A stretch of 64,000 nt of DNA from Spirochaetia bacterium. GTDB taxonomy: Bacteria; Spirochaetota; Spirochaetia; SZUA-6; Bin103. Both the position numbers and the translations under genes were made by a program. The notes beneath the pieces are model-generated. The model was given only the letters and a program-made list of their open reading frames with translations. It was not told the origin of the DNA and searched no databases. Positions 18,288 through 29,400 of this stretch are shown piece by piece (positions within the stretch are counted from its first letter, which is position 1; each line of letters starts with the position of its first letter). Location: NCBI GenBank assembly GCA_965203515.1, contig OZ241907.1:2720001-2784000 (forward strand), in the 5' to 3' direction.

Positions 18288-21200
18288 TCAGCGGTCCAGC
18301 AGGTCGGGGAGGGCGGCGTTCGGGGGCAGGGCGGACGCCGGCGGCAGGTAGTCGGGCGGGCGGAACAGCGGGTTGCCGGGGGACCACAGCTCGACGCTTT
18401 CCGCGTTCTCCGCGTAGTAGGCGGGGTCGGTGGTGACCCGCACCCGCGCGCCCATGCCGGGCGCGAGCAGGCCGAACTCGCGCGGCCCCAGCGGTTGCGC
18501 GTCGCTGCCCGGCGGCAGCAGGCCGGGGTCGGCGATCACCCGATCCAGGTCGTCCAGCGTGAGCGCCGGCGCCTCCCGCGGCGGCAGGGTGAGCTCCTCG
18601 CCCAGCGCGGCGTCCAGGTCGAAGCCGCCGGCCTCGGCCGCCGCGGCGTCCCGTTCCAGCGCCTCCACCGCGGCGGCGCCGCGCTCCGCCGGCCCGGCGC
18701 CCGGTCCGCCGCTCGGTCCGCCGGCCAGTACCGCGCCGGAGATCGCCTGCGGCACCTGCGCCAGGATCGGCTGCAGCCGGCCCACCACGTTCTCGAACAG
18801 GCCGATGCGGCTGCTCAGCGCGCGGTAGACGTCGGTCTCCACGGTGCCCTCGTAGTGCAGGTTGACGATGCGGATGACCGGATGCGCCTGCCCCAGGCGG
18901 TCGATGCGGCCGATGCGCTGCTCCACCCGCATCGGGTTCCACGGCATGTCGTAGTTGATCAGCGCGCCGCAGAACTGGAAGTTGAGCCCCTCGGCGGCGG
19001 CGTCGGTGCAGAGCAGCAGGTCCGCCTCTCCGTCCCGGAAGCGGCGCCGGGCGTCGTCGCGGCCGATGGCGCGCCACGTACCGTCGGCGGCCGGCGCCTC
19101 GCCGCCACGCCCGGAGAAGCAGAGCAGCCGCAGGCCGCCGTCCCGGCTCAGCTCGTCGCGCAGGAACTCCATGGTCGCGGTGTACTGGGTGAACACCATC
19201 GCCTGCCGGTAGCCGGCGCGGCGCATGCCGGCGACCACCCGGCGCAGGTGCCCCAGCTTGCCGTCCGGCGGCAGGCGCGCGATGGCGGCCAGCAGGAGCT
19301 CGATCTCCCCGCGCTGCGCGGCGGCCAGCGCGCTCCGCTCGCGGTCGCCCACCTCGTCGGCGTCCAGCGCCTCCTCGCTCGCCGCGTCGTCGGGCGCGTC
19401 CTCCTCCAGCTCCGCGGCGCCGGCCGGACGCGGCCCGTCGCCGGCGCCCAGTGCGGCGCGGTGGCGCTCCAGGGTGGCGCGCAACGCCCGGAAGCTGCTC
19501 GCCAGGCGGCGGCGGTAGATGGTCATCACGAACCCCACCGCGGACCGTTCCGCGGCGCCCGCCCGCGCGTAGCTGGTGGCGATGTAGCGCTCCACCGCCT
19601 CGTAGAGATCGCGCTCGGCGGCGCTCAGGTCGATGAACCGGTCCTCCACCCGGCGCTCGGCGATCGGGGTGGAGAGCAGGCCGTCCCGGAAGTAGCGGCG
19701 CAGCAGCTCGCGGGTGTGGCGCGAGATGAGATGGCGCAGCGGCGTGCGCGCCCGCAGCACGGCCAGCGCCGCGCGGCGCTCCGGGGTCTCCAGTTGGCGG
19801 CGCGGGATGCTGGCCGCGTCGCGCAGCGCGCGCAGCACCTGATTGGCCTTCAGCGGCGACAGCCCGGTCAGCCGCCGCACCTCCTCGGCGGAGGCCCTGC
19901 CATAGGCGCGTTCGGCCGCCTGGAACAGCCGCGCCATGCGGTCCATCGCCGCGGCCGACGGATTCGGCTCGGCCACGTCCCTGAAGAACTGCAGAAACGC
20001 CTCCTGCGTCCACTCCGGCGGCAGGCCCAGCAGGCTCAGCAGATCCCACACCTCGACCGGATGGACCTGCATCGGCGTGGCGGTGAGCAGCACCAGGCCG
20101 CCGGTCCGCTCGCGGAGCGGGCGCAGCAGCCGCAGCAGGGCGTTCGGTCCGCCCTCGCGCGCCGACCCCGCCGCCCGCCGCCGCGCGTGGTGGGCTTCGT
20201 CGACCACCACCAGGTCCCACGGCTCCGCCTGCAGCAGCGCCGCCGCGCGCCCGCGCCGCCGCAGGAGCTGGCTGGAGGCGATCACCGCCGGCTCGGCATG
20301 CCAGCGGTCCGGCTCCACCGCCCGCTCCGCATGCCCGCGCACCGCCGGCGAGGGATAGCGCAGCAGCCGGCGCCCGTCGTAGATCGGCCAGTTGAGGTTG
20401 AACTTCTCGCGCAGCTCCAACTGCCACTGCGGCAGCACCGCGCGCGGCGCCAGGATCAGGATGCGCCGCGCGCGCCCGGCGAGCCACGCCTGGCGCAGCA
20501 GCAGGCCGGCCTGGATCGTCTTGCCCAGCCCCACCTCGTCGGCGATCAACAGCTTCGGCGGCCACTGCCGGTAGAGGCGCTCGAAGGCGCGCACCTGATG
20601 CGGCCACGGCGTCACCGCGGCGGTGGCCTCCCCCACCCGTTCGCCGCCGGCGGCGCGCCGCGGCGCCTCCCGGATGAAGGCCCACACCAGGCCGCGCCGG
20701 TCGTGCGCCGGCGGCCCGGGCGCGGGCGGCGGCTGCGGGACCGACGCCTGCCCTGCCGGGTGCGCGGGCGCGGCGCCGTCCGCACGCAGCCGCGCCGGCA
20801 GGCGGTCGTCGGGCGGCAGGAACCGCAGCAGGTCGCGGCGCGCCGCCTCCGGCACGTCGAGCACGATGGCGCGGCGCGCGCGGTTGGCCCACAGGCGCGC
20901 GAAGTTGTCTTCCTCGCAGGCGACCCGCTTCGGTTCCGGGCCCCAGCTCGTGGCGACGTTGATGCTCTCCCAGTTGCGCTGCCAGCCGGCCGCGGTCTCG
21001 TTGAGGCTGCCGGTCCAGGCGATGCGGTCGCCGCCGCGGTCCTCGATCACGCCGGTCTTCTCGTGGAACAGGGCGCCGTCGGCGATCGGCCGCCGCTCGG
21101 CGTCGCACGGCACCGCCGCCTTCACCTCCAGGTGCCCGCGCGCCACCATCCAGGCCAGCAGTTCCAGCGCGCCCGCCGCGGCCGCGTCGGGCGGCGCCAG

Positions 21201-21488
21201 CGGCAGTCGGAGCAGGCGCTGCTCGACCCGTTCGCGGAGCGCCTCACCTCGGTCGAGCGCATCGATTTCGTCGGGACCAAGGGTGCACCCGACCACCAGC
21301 CGCATGCGGCCCCGGTTGCGCACCAGCCCTTCCACGCCGCGCGCGGCGAGCGCCAGGGCGCCGGCGTCGAAGTAGCCGGTCAGGCGGTCGTAGCGCTCCG
21401 CCTCCTGCAGCGCCGGCACGTAGAACAACCGCACCAGGTCGCCGTCATCGGGCGTGTACTTGAGTTGCCAGGGGTGATCGGCGAGCAC
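18288..21488 (-). CDS. SNF2-family helicase with N-terminal PLD-like nuclease domain
   Basis: FHEKTG...TGSLNET (HxK/GSxN), IADEVGLGKT, VVDEAHH, LTATP, YDMPWNPMRVEQRIGRIDRLGQ. Confidence 0.92.
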   Translation of the reverse strand: MLADHPWQLKYTPDDGDLVRLFYVPALQEAERYDRLTGYFDAGALALAARGVEGLVRNRGRMRLVVGCTLGPDEIDALDRGEALRERVEQRLLRLPLAPPDAAAAGALELLAWMVARGHLEVKAAVPCDAERRPIADGALFHEKTGVIEDRGGDRIAWTGSLNETAAGWQRNWESINVATSWGPEPKRVACEEDNFARLWANRARRAIVLDVPEAARRDLLRFLPPDDRLPARLRADGAAPAHPAGQASVPQPPPAPGPPAHDRRGLVWAFIREAPRRAAGGERVGEATAAVTPWPHQVRAFERLYRQWPPKLLIADEVGLGKTIQAGLLLRQAWLAGRARRILILAPRAVLPQWQLELREKFNLNWPIYDGRRLLRYPSPAVRGHAERAVEPDRWHAEPAVIASSQLLRRRGRAAALLQAEPWDLVVVDEAHHARRRAAGSAREGGPNALLRLLRPLRERTGGLVLLTATPMQVHPVEVWDLLSLLGLPPEWTQEAFLQFFRDVAEPNPSAAAMDRMARLFQAAERAYGRASAEEVRRLTGLSPLKANQVLRALRDAASIPRRQLETPERRAALAVLRARTPLRHLISRHTRELLRRYFRDGLLSTPIAERRVEDRFIDLSAAERDLYEAVERYIATSYARAGAAERSAVGFVMTIYRRRLASSFRALRATLERHRAALGAGDGPRPAGAAELEEDAPDDAASEEALDADEVGDRERSALAAAQRGEIELLLAAIARLPPDGKLGHLRRVVAGMRRAGYRQAMVFTQYTATMEFLRDELSRDGGLRLLCFSGRGGEAPAADGTWRAIGRDDARRRFRDGEADLLLCTDAAAEGLNFQFCGALINYDMPWNPMRVEQRIGRIDRLGQAHPVIRIVNLHYEGTVETDVYRALSSRIGLFENVVGRLQPILAQVPQAISGAVLAGGPSGGPGAGPAERGAAAVEALERDAAAAEAGGFDLDAALGEELTLPPREAPALTLDDLDRVIADPGLLPPGSDAQPLGPREFGLLAPGMGARVRVTTDPAYYAENAESVELWSPGNPLFRPPDYLPPASALPPNAALPDLLDR

Positions 21489-21490
21489 GG

Positions 21491-24451
21491 TCAGGCAGCT
21501 TCATCCTGCCACAGCCGGAGCTGCTTCGGTTCGTCGATGCGGTCGCCGTACGCCAGGCGCGCCAGATGGTAGAGCGCCTCGAAGTCGCTGCCGGCGGCCG
21601 CGGCCTCGCCCGGCAGGTCGATGCCGGTCCACTTCTTGCTGACCGGCAGCACTTCCAGCACCGCTTCCAGCGCGGTCAGGAACGCCCCCTCCCGCGCGCC
21701 CAGCTTCTCGTCGAGCAGCTTGCGGGCGTCGTCGAGCGAGCGGGTGCGCGCCAGGTTGGCGGCGTGGTGCACGGCGTCGATCATGCCGCGCGCCCCGTCG
21801 GGCGGCCCCAGCGCTCCGCCGGCCGCGCGCCGCGTCGAGTCCCACAGCCGCAGGTCGCTGCCGCGCTTCTCCGCCAGCCGGCCCACCACCTCCCGCTCCA
21901 GATCGACACCCACCGCGCGCGCCAGCCGCAGCGCCTCGTCGTAGGCGAACACCGGCGCCTCAAAGGCGTCCCACGCCAGCACGAAGAAGGCGGTGGCAGG
22001 GTCCAGGTCCTCCCGCCGCCGCGTCAGTTGCTCCTGCCGCCAGCGCTTCACCTCCCGCCGGGCGGTGTCCAGCACGTCTTCCGGGCTCACCGCGTAGGGG
22101 TCCCGCTCCGCCTCCAACTCCGGCTGCCGCCGGCCCCGCCGCCGCTCCTGCGGCGCCGGGCGCGGCGTGCCGCGCGCCAGCGGCCAGTGGCGCGAGAATT
22201 CTTCCAGGGCAGGGCCGAAGCAGGCCAGATAGAGATCGACGCCGCGGATGCCGGCCGCCTGGTACTCCGCCACCCGGGCGCGTACCGCGCCCGCTACCCG
22301 CGGTTCGATGTCTTCCCAGTAATACGGCGTCTCGTCCGCTTCGCGCGCGGCGGTGCGCGGGCGGCAGGCCAGGAAGATGGTGCTGTTGGCGGCCGCCTTG
22401 TTGCGCACGTGCAGGCTGCCCTCCGCCTCGGTGTTGATCGGCCATGACGCGGTGATGGCGAAGCCGGCCTGCATCAGCCCGGTGGTCAGCGCGTCCCAGG
22501 CGCCGGCCGCCTTGTGGGTGAACATCAGCGTCATCACCCCGTCGGCCTTCAGCACGCGGCGCATCTCGGCGAAGATGCTCGCCATCCGCTCCTGGTAGTC
22601 GCGCCCGGCGAGCGCCTGCGCGCCCGGCTGGCCGCGGAACCGGGCCGGGTTGGCGACCGCCTCGTTCTCCTTGTCGGTGAGGCGGCGGCGGAACAGGGCG
22701 GGAAAGACGTGGCCGGCGGTGCGCTTGAGCCAGACGTAGAAGAAGTCGGACAGCTCAGCGTACATCACGTTGTCGTAGTAGGGCGGGTCCATGACCACCG
22801 CATCGACACTGCCGGCGGGGATATGGTCGAGGTCGTCGCCCGGCTTGCAGGTGATGGTGACGGCGGGCCGCGCGTCGGACTCGGGGAACAGATCGCCGGC
22901 GCCGCCGGCGCCCGGGCGCAGCAGCGCGACCAGTTCCTGGATGCACTTGGCGGTCTGGCCGATGGCCCAGTCGTAGCCCAGGCCGGTGATCAGCGGCGCC
23001 ATCTCGGCGTAGGACCACTTGAAGGAGAAGTCATGCCGGTCGAAGGTATTGACCATTACTTCGCGCCCTACGTGCCAGCGAGTCATGCGGGAGTTGTAGT
23101 CACGAGTCTTGTCCAGCGAGAGGGCCAAGTAGCCGTAGGCGGCTTGGCGCAGCGGGGTGAGCGTGCCGGCTGCACGGTCGGCTTCGAGCAACTCGCGGAA
23201 CACCTCGACGCCGGTGCCATGGCACAGCAGTTGGCGCGGCGAGAACAGGTCCCGCCAGCGCGGCATCCCGTACTGGATCGGGCGATCGTCGTTGCTCTCC
23301 TCCGGGAACCGCTCGTTCGGCACCAGGTCGAACGCCTCCCACTCCGGCAGCTTCTCCGCCAGCCGCGCCTGAATCTCGGCGGCGTTGTCGTCTTCCGGGC
23401 GCGGCGCGCGGTAGCGGCGCACCCACTTCTCGCGCCGGCGGCCGGTTTTGGTCCAGGTGTTCACCCGTTCCTTGTAGACCACCGCGAACAGTTGCTCGCC
23501 CATCGCGCCGGCCTGCGCCTGCGCCTTGATCTCGTCGCCGGCGATCACCCGCCCGCAATCCGGCCACGGGCAGCTGCCCGCCCCGCGCGCCACCGTTCCC
23601 GCCGCCTGCTCCCGCGCCGAATGCACCACCTCGAACCGACACACCCGCCCCGGCGCTCCCGGCGTACCTGGATCACTTGGATCACCGCCGGCCAGCGGTT
23701 CCAGCCGCACCCCCGTCCCGTCCGGCGTCAACCGCCAGTTCGGCGCCAGCGGCACCCGCCCCCCGCAATACGGGCAACTCACCGTCCGCGCCCACAGATA
23801 GCCGTCGGGTCGGGTATCCTCGCCCGGCTCCTCGGGAAACACGCCGGCGAGCCGTTCCCGGACGATCCGGGTCAGCTCCGCGCCCAACGCTTCGACGGCT
23901 TCCTTGACCGCAAGCCCATGCTGCGCCGGCCATGCCGCGGTCGCTTCCTCGATCAACGCCGCGACCGGATTCAGGTCGTTGGCCAGGGTCGCAAGTCCCA
24001 GCCGCGCCGCCTCGAACGGCAGGCTGCCGCCCCCGGCGGTCGGATCGAGCACCGTGGCGCGGTCCAGCTCGTGGCCCGCCAGCCACGTCCATTCCGCATC
24101 GTCCGGCGTATATCCGAACGCCCGCGGATACCCGTAAGCCGCGGCGCCGAGCCGTTCCCCGCTGCGGTTGGCGCGCGCGATCCGCGCCTTCGCCGCCACC
24201 GGGTCGCCGTGGATGCCGAGCACGCGCAGGAACCGCTTCCGGTCGGCGTCCGCCGGCAGCAGCGACGCCAGCACCGCCGCACGCGACGCCACCAACGGCC
24301 GCCGCGCCCACCACACGTGCAACCGGTTCGGCGCCGGGAACGGCGTCATCGGCGTCCGCTCGCGGATACTCTCGATCCCAAGCGCCGCGATCGGCAGCCA
24401 CCGCTCGATCAGCCGCGTGTCAGCATCGCGTTTGCTGGCGGCGCCACTCAT
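21491..24451 (-). CDS. DUF1156 family DNA methyltransferase (probably adenine-specific)
   Basis: [14 protein letters not shown] motif [11 protein letters not shown], Zn-ribbon CPYC/CPWPDC, catalytic MDPPYY. Confidence 0.92.
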   Translation of the reverse strand: MSGAASKRDADTRLIERWLPIAALGIESIRERTPMTPFPAPNRLHVWWARRPLVASRAAVLASLLPADADRKRFLRVLGIHGDPVAAKARIARANRSGERLGAAAYGYPRAFGYTPDDAEWTWLAGHELDRATVLDPTAGGGSLPFEAARLGLATLANDLNPVAALIEEATAAWPAQHGLAVKEAVEALGAELTRIVRERLAGVFPEEPGEDTRPDGYLWARTVSCPYCGGRVPLAPNWRLTPDGTGVRLEPLAGGDPSDPGTPGAPGRVCRFEVVHSAREQAAGTVARGAGSCPWPDCGRVIAGDEIKAQAQAGAMGEQLFAVVYKERVNTWTKTGRRREKWVRRYRAPRPEDDNAAEIQARLAEKLPEWEAFDLVPNERFPEESNDDRPIQYGMPRWRDLFSPRQLLCHGTGVEVFRELLEADRAAGTLTPLRQAAYGYLALSLDKTRDYNSRMTRWHVGREVMVNTFDRHDFSFKWSYAEMAPLITGLGYDWAIGQTAKCIQELVALLRPGAGGAGDLFPESDARPAVTITCKPGDDLDHIPAGSVDAVVMDPPYYDNVMYAELSDFFYVWLKRTAGHVFPALFRRRLTDKENEAVANPARFRGQPGAQALAGRDYQERMASIFAEMRRVLKADGVMTLMFTHKAAGAWDALTTGLMQAGFAITASWPINTEAEGSLHVRNKAAANSTIFLACRPRTAAREADETPYYWEDIEPRVAGAVRARVAEYQAAGIRGVDLYLACFGPALEEFSRHWPLARGTPRPAPQERRRGRRQPELEAERDPYAVSPEDVLDTARREVKRWRQEQLTRRREDLDPATAFFVLAWDAFEAPVFAYDEALRLARAVGVDLEREVVGRLAEKRGSDLRLWDSTRRAAGGALGPPDGARGMIDAVHHAANLARTRSLDDARKLLDEKLGAREGAFLTALEAVLEVLPVSKKWTGIDLPGEAAAAGSDFEALYHLARLAYGDRIDEPKQLRLWQDEAA

Positions 24452-24508
24452 GCCCGCCACCAATCCATGCTGTCCATGCTGCTCAAATATCACCAATCGA
24501 TTCCGAAT

Positions 24509-26440
24509 TCAGGCAAGTCTTCCGTTGTATGCCGCCAACGCGGCGTCAGCCTGCCCACAGAATCCCCATAATTCGGGAACTATATCGCAGATCTCTCTCA
24601 ACCAGCCTTGAAGCTGATGTCCCTCGTCATCCGCTAACTCACCAAACGCCAGACCTGTCAGCGCACTCCCCACATAATCCATCCACTCCCTCAAATCACT
24701 ACGACTCGCCGCGGCCGCAAGAACAATCTTCACCGCATCGCCGACCGGCAGTCGGCATCGAGCATCGCGTCGATATTTACCGACCAATACCGCTATCCGG
24801 TCTCCAAGTGCCATATTCCTCGTTACAGCGGACACCGTAGCCAGGCCAAGCATTGCTGACACCAAAGACTCTATATCCTGGGAGCCTGAAAACCGGAACC
24901 CGTCTTTTTCCACACGGCTCCCAAGCGCCTCCGCTTGATCCGTAACGTCTACAATGCGCACAAGATAGCCCAAACCTACGCACGCAGCCGGATCAAGCGG
25001 GTCAACAGCAAGCCGTTCATCGACCAGTTCGGTGATCTCAGATGGAACCCTACCTTCGACGGCGCCCGCACCCTCAAGCGGACCAGGTTGAAGTAGAGGC
25101 TTCCAATTCAACCCTCGGCAAGACCCGTCGGCTTCATTCACCGCCACCAGAGACCGCAAGTGATGATCCCTAATGTCGCCAATAATGGGCTGCGCTCCCG
25201 CGACTACACGACTCATGAATTCCGACCGGAGATATATGGGATACGCAAGGTCGAAGCTCCATCGTGGTTCCGTACGTGTGTCGATCAGCGTTTGAACCAT
25301 AAATCGGCCCCCGTAACTTCGCACTATCCGATTGCCGACCTCCGCCATCTTCTCGTCAGAGTCACCGAATATGCGATACAAAAGCGCCGCGTGCGCCATG
25401 GAAGCTAATCTACGATAGAATGCCGGCCGGTCGGAAAACAGACGTACCCTAGAAATCTCACCGTCGACGAGTTGAAACAGTGACGACATGAACCGTACTC
25501 CACTCTTCGGTCCATGGCCATCATCATCCCGCATGCGCTCAATGAGACGAACGAGAACCGGCTCCAAGTCCGGCATGGTTCCTATTAGCCGAAACCCGAC
25601 CTCGATCGCCCCAATCCGCGACAGCACGTCACCCTCTTTTTCCAAAAAACGAAACGATCGCATAAGATCGTCAAAGCCAATTCTCTTGACATCTATCTGG
25701 TTGACCAACGATGAGTGCGCCGACAAAAGAAGACCGTACAGGAGTCCGTTACAAGGCTCCCATTCCTGTAGTGACCGAATGTGGCGTCCCCCGGCGCCCC
25801 GAGCGTAATCCTGTATGCTATCGCTTCCGTCATACACCCCCACCAGTCTCTCGAAATATCGCCGTGTTCGAGGCACCAGGGTGTCAACTTGGACACCTCC
25901 ATCCCGAGATATCATGCCATGAATGACCTGCGTTCTTCGAACGGGCGTATCCGCGAGATCATCCATCAACTCATCCACCTCGTGATCTTCAAGTGCTCGA
26001 TCTGATATTACGATCCGCCATGACGATATCGGATCATGTGACAGATTCAAGGTACGTATCAAGCCGTCAAAGCAACCCAACCGTGTACGTTCATCCGGCG
26101 ACAGTACGACGTAATCGGTCAAATCGACACGGCTGCGGCCGAAAGAAAGTATGATTCTGGGAGCATCCGGAGAGTCGTCCACTTGCTCGACTCTACACTT
26201 TCGATTCTGTCGATCGATAATTTCTACCGCCGACGAACCCGATAGGACACTACGGATCGCACCATACAAATCCGATCTCTGGACAAAGAGATCGCGGCCA
26301 AACTCCAAAACAGAATTGAACCTGATGTCGTATTCGTCCCGAAAATTTGCACTCCTCAATAGCTCATCGCGCACCAACGGCGCTATATTATCTAAGGTCA
26401 AATGTACGACTGAGTTCCTCCAGTAGCGACTACCGCTCAC
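24509..26440 (-). CDS. Hypothetical helical protein (643 aa), partner of the HNH-PIN gene; low GC
   Basis: Long ORF in a low-GC segment, GTGA overlap with the upstream stop; no catalytic motif recognised. Confidence 0.75.
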   Translation of the reverse strand: MSGSRYWRNSVVHLTLDNIAPLVRDELLRSANFRDEYDIRFNSVLEFGRDLFVQRSDLYGAIRSVLSGSSAVEIIDRQNRKCRVEQVDDSPDAPRIILSFGRSRVDLTDYVVLSPDERTRLGCFDGLIRTLNLSHDPISSWRIVISDRALEDHEVDELMDDLADTPVRRTQVIHGMISRDGGVQVDTLVPRTRRYFERLVGVYDGSDSIQDYARGAGGRHIRSLQEWEPCNGLLYGLLLSAHSSLVNQIDVKRIGFDDLMRSFRFLEKEGDVLSRIGAIEVGFRLIGTMPDLEPVLVRLIERMRDDDGHGPKSGVRFMSSLFQLVDGEISRVRLFSDRPAFYRRLASMAHAALLYRIFGDSDEKMAEVGNRIVRSYGGRFMVQTLIDTRTEPRWSFDLAYPIYLRSEFMSRVVAGAQPIIGDIRDHHLRSLVAVNEADGSCRGLNWKPLLQPGPLEGAGAVEGRVPSEITELVDERLAVDPLDPAACVGLGYLVRIVDVTDQAEALGSRVEKDGFRFSGSQDIESLVSAMLGLATVSAVTRNMALGDRIAVLVGKYRRDARCRLPVGDAVKIVLAAAASRSDLREWMDYVGSALTGLAFGELADDEGHQLQGWLREICDIVPELWGFCGQADAALAAYNGRLA

Positions 26441-29400
26441 CTTTTTGGGAACTCCTTAAGGTCTGCATTACCGGTTTTCGAAATCATCTTTCGACAATAT
26501 CCGACCATCTGTAAAAATATTTGACGATCATGGTCTCTGATAGGATTCAGTATATGCTTCTCCAACCAACGATGAAACTCGTCCTGTCTCTCCACAGGAA
26601 TCGTCATCGGAGAAAACACCAAATCGGCGACTGTCATCATGTACATTTCCGCGATAACGCCACCATCCTTTACTTTGTCGAAAGTGTGTATCCATCCACG
26701 AATATCGACCTGGCTCATGATCCAATCCGACCAAGCTCGGACATTGGAAAGTTCATCGCTACCACTCCAGAGATCCTTCAAGGTATCCTTGAGTACCTTG
26801 AAGAACGAGTTGATCCAAAGGAATCCGTCGTGATTATGAATCCAATGTCCCATTCTAAGAGCTAGAATGTTCTCTCGAATGGCCCTCAATTCAGCCGTCT
26901 CCAAGACCACACCACCCTTTACTGTGGACATCGCAATGTGCTGCTTTAGTTCGTCGCGTTCGAGAGAGATCGAGACGTATCCATATCTACGGAGAGAAGC
27001 ACGGTAATCCAACCGATCGTCCTCCGACATAGCGCCCTGACCAACCAGTATGTCGATTACATCAAGCGTAGTAAGAACTTCGGTATTGGCTACATTCTGG
27101 TGTCTATTCATGAACCTGTCATCGATCACCATCGCATTACAGACATCTGCTAATCCAACGACACCTATCGTAGAGTGTCTCACGATCGACTCGTCCGTCA
27201 TATCGCGGTTGATGACCCTCTTTCCAACCGAAACCTTGCCTGCGATTAGTCCTCTGTGAAGCGCATCTCTGACCCGTTCAATTGCACGGTCCACGTTCTC
27301 CAAAACCTCCTGATGCGAAATCAAGCGATTGGCGTCCGATACGCTTTTTGGGGAAACCAATACTCGATAACCAGCACTGTGAATTCTATCCAAGAGACGG
27401 ATATGCAGGAAGTAGGTAATCGACAGATCATCCAAATACAATATCGCTCTATCCGCTATCCCAGGCTCATCTGGCCACGATCGTTCATGAAGACAGAGAT
27501 ATTCGCGTGCCGATTTCTCCTCATTCGCCGTGATTACTCCTTTCGTTCGGAGCGTCTTCACGACCGCTCCGCAAGACACCAATACCTCAGAGTGCTCAAC
27601 TAAATCTACCTCTTCTTCCATTAATGATGACGTTCGATACACGGGAGCCGACCGGACGACAAGATGCTGGCGCTCGTCACCCTCCATTGGTCCCTTTGCC
27701 TCTGCTATCATCTGAGCCAGCTCTTCACCAACATGCTCGCACAGATCGCTACTCTGAACCACACTTGCCGACATGATTTCTAACGCTTTGGTCGCCAACA
27801 ACCGCTGCAATATCCGCGCCTCTTCTACTAGTCTCCGTTGATGGAACATGGACATCTGCTTTTCGTGTAGCAGCCAAGGCAACGTGTTGTGCGCGATATA
27901 GACCATGGAGAATGAATCGATAAATTTATCTAACATGTTCAACAGGCTCATTGTGAATAGCGCGGTCCCATCCACCGCGATTGTCGAGGTCCCATCGATT
28001 CCAGTCGTGGTCGATCGCTGTCGATTCTCACTATAGGCCGGGATTATCGATCTCCGTCTAGGGTCACGTTCCTCATAGTTACCATACGCATGCCCGAGGA
28101 CGAATCCGCAGAGAGATGTGTTCATGAGCTGTGCCGCTACGAACATAGGAATCTCTGCGGACCACAATAGTCGCGATATTTCTGTAACCCGACTACCCCA
28201 AGACTTGCTTAGATCCTTGACCTCCCTTAGGGAAATCTTCCAAACCGGCCCATCGGTATCTGACCAGGACACGGCATCCCGCAACCACTTCCCTACTTCT
28301 TCATGATTATCCCAGCCATGTGTCGACGCCAGAATAAATCCTCTCATCAGAATCGCCGGATCGCTCCTGCCTTTCTCTACGGCTGCAAACATGATATCCT
28401 TACCGTACGGAAGTGATAGACCGCATGCTATCTCGGCAAACCTCATCAGCTCTTCCGCACTCCGCTCGTCTCGTCTGCCGTATTCATCAGTCACGATTGC
28501 GGTAACAGTTTTCCAATCACCGAGGGCGACCCCGATTTCTATCTGAAGTGTACGATAGGATTTCTCTTGAATCGAGTCTCCCGACTCATCACGCAGCTTC
28601 TTCAGATCTTGGAGAGACTCAACAAATCGGCCCTCATTGTATAGCGCCACGCAGCGCAGAAATTTTAGTCGCGACGACTTCTCGACCAGTTCAAAATTAT
28701 CCGTCAGAAATGTAGACAAGTGGTCGTCACTTGCCGTCATGTGGAAACCATGCGCCAGCCGTTCCGCGTGATCGATCGATTTTGTCCTATCGAAAAGTAT
28801 TTTTCCATAGCGACATACATCAGACCACCGCTTGGCCGACTCGAGACCGTCTACAAGTTTTATTAAGTCTACAAGATCATCCGTCTGTTCGAACTGATGT
28901 CTTCGTATATCGACTGGATCTGCTCCCTGCGATTCTTCTATACACGCCTGAAGTCGATCTATATCAGCATCCAATGTCCCATCGATCGACAACTCATTCA
29001 TGCGCTCCCTTGCCTCGTGGGGACGGCCGGCGAGCGCAAGCATCTCGATCTCGATCTTTTGTAGTGCCCGATCGTCGATGACATCGGCAATTTCGCATCG
29101 GTACCTGGAAAGGTGATCCAGTACTGCTTCCGGTGTCGTTTGGGCCGTAACTATCGCAAATCTTGCCACGGCAGTGTCGTAAGTAGATCCTCCTTTAAGG
29201 GCAATCTGCTGTTTGATCTGTCGCTCGACGGCTTGTATGTCCAAATCGATTCCAAACTGAAGGCCGAGCGGCACAAAGCGAAGATACGACGAGTCGTTGC
29301 GCAGTATCTGCTTGAGCCGGCATCGCGCACGTACCTTCAAGTCAGGATGTCTGAGACCAATCCATAACGAGTATTCTTCTGCTTCCGCGGCAGCGTCGGA

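Noticed and set aside
18192..21572. 1126-aa plus-strand ORF and similar long ORFs (18259-21108, 22514-24571, 32479-34944, 43078-45351, 55647-57200)
   Set aside because: Antisense or off-frame shadows of well-supported genes in high-GC DNA; R/P/A/G-rich and lacking motifs.
26437..26440. Frameshift splitting one ~2000-aa gene
   Set aside because: The junction is a standard GTGA stop/start overlap, so two coupled genes is simpler; fusion in homologues remains untested.
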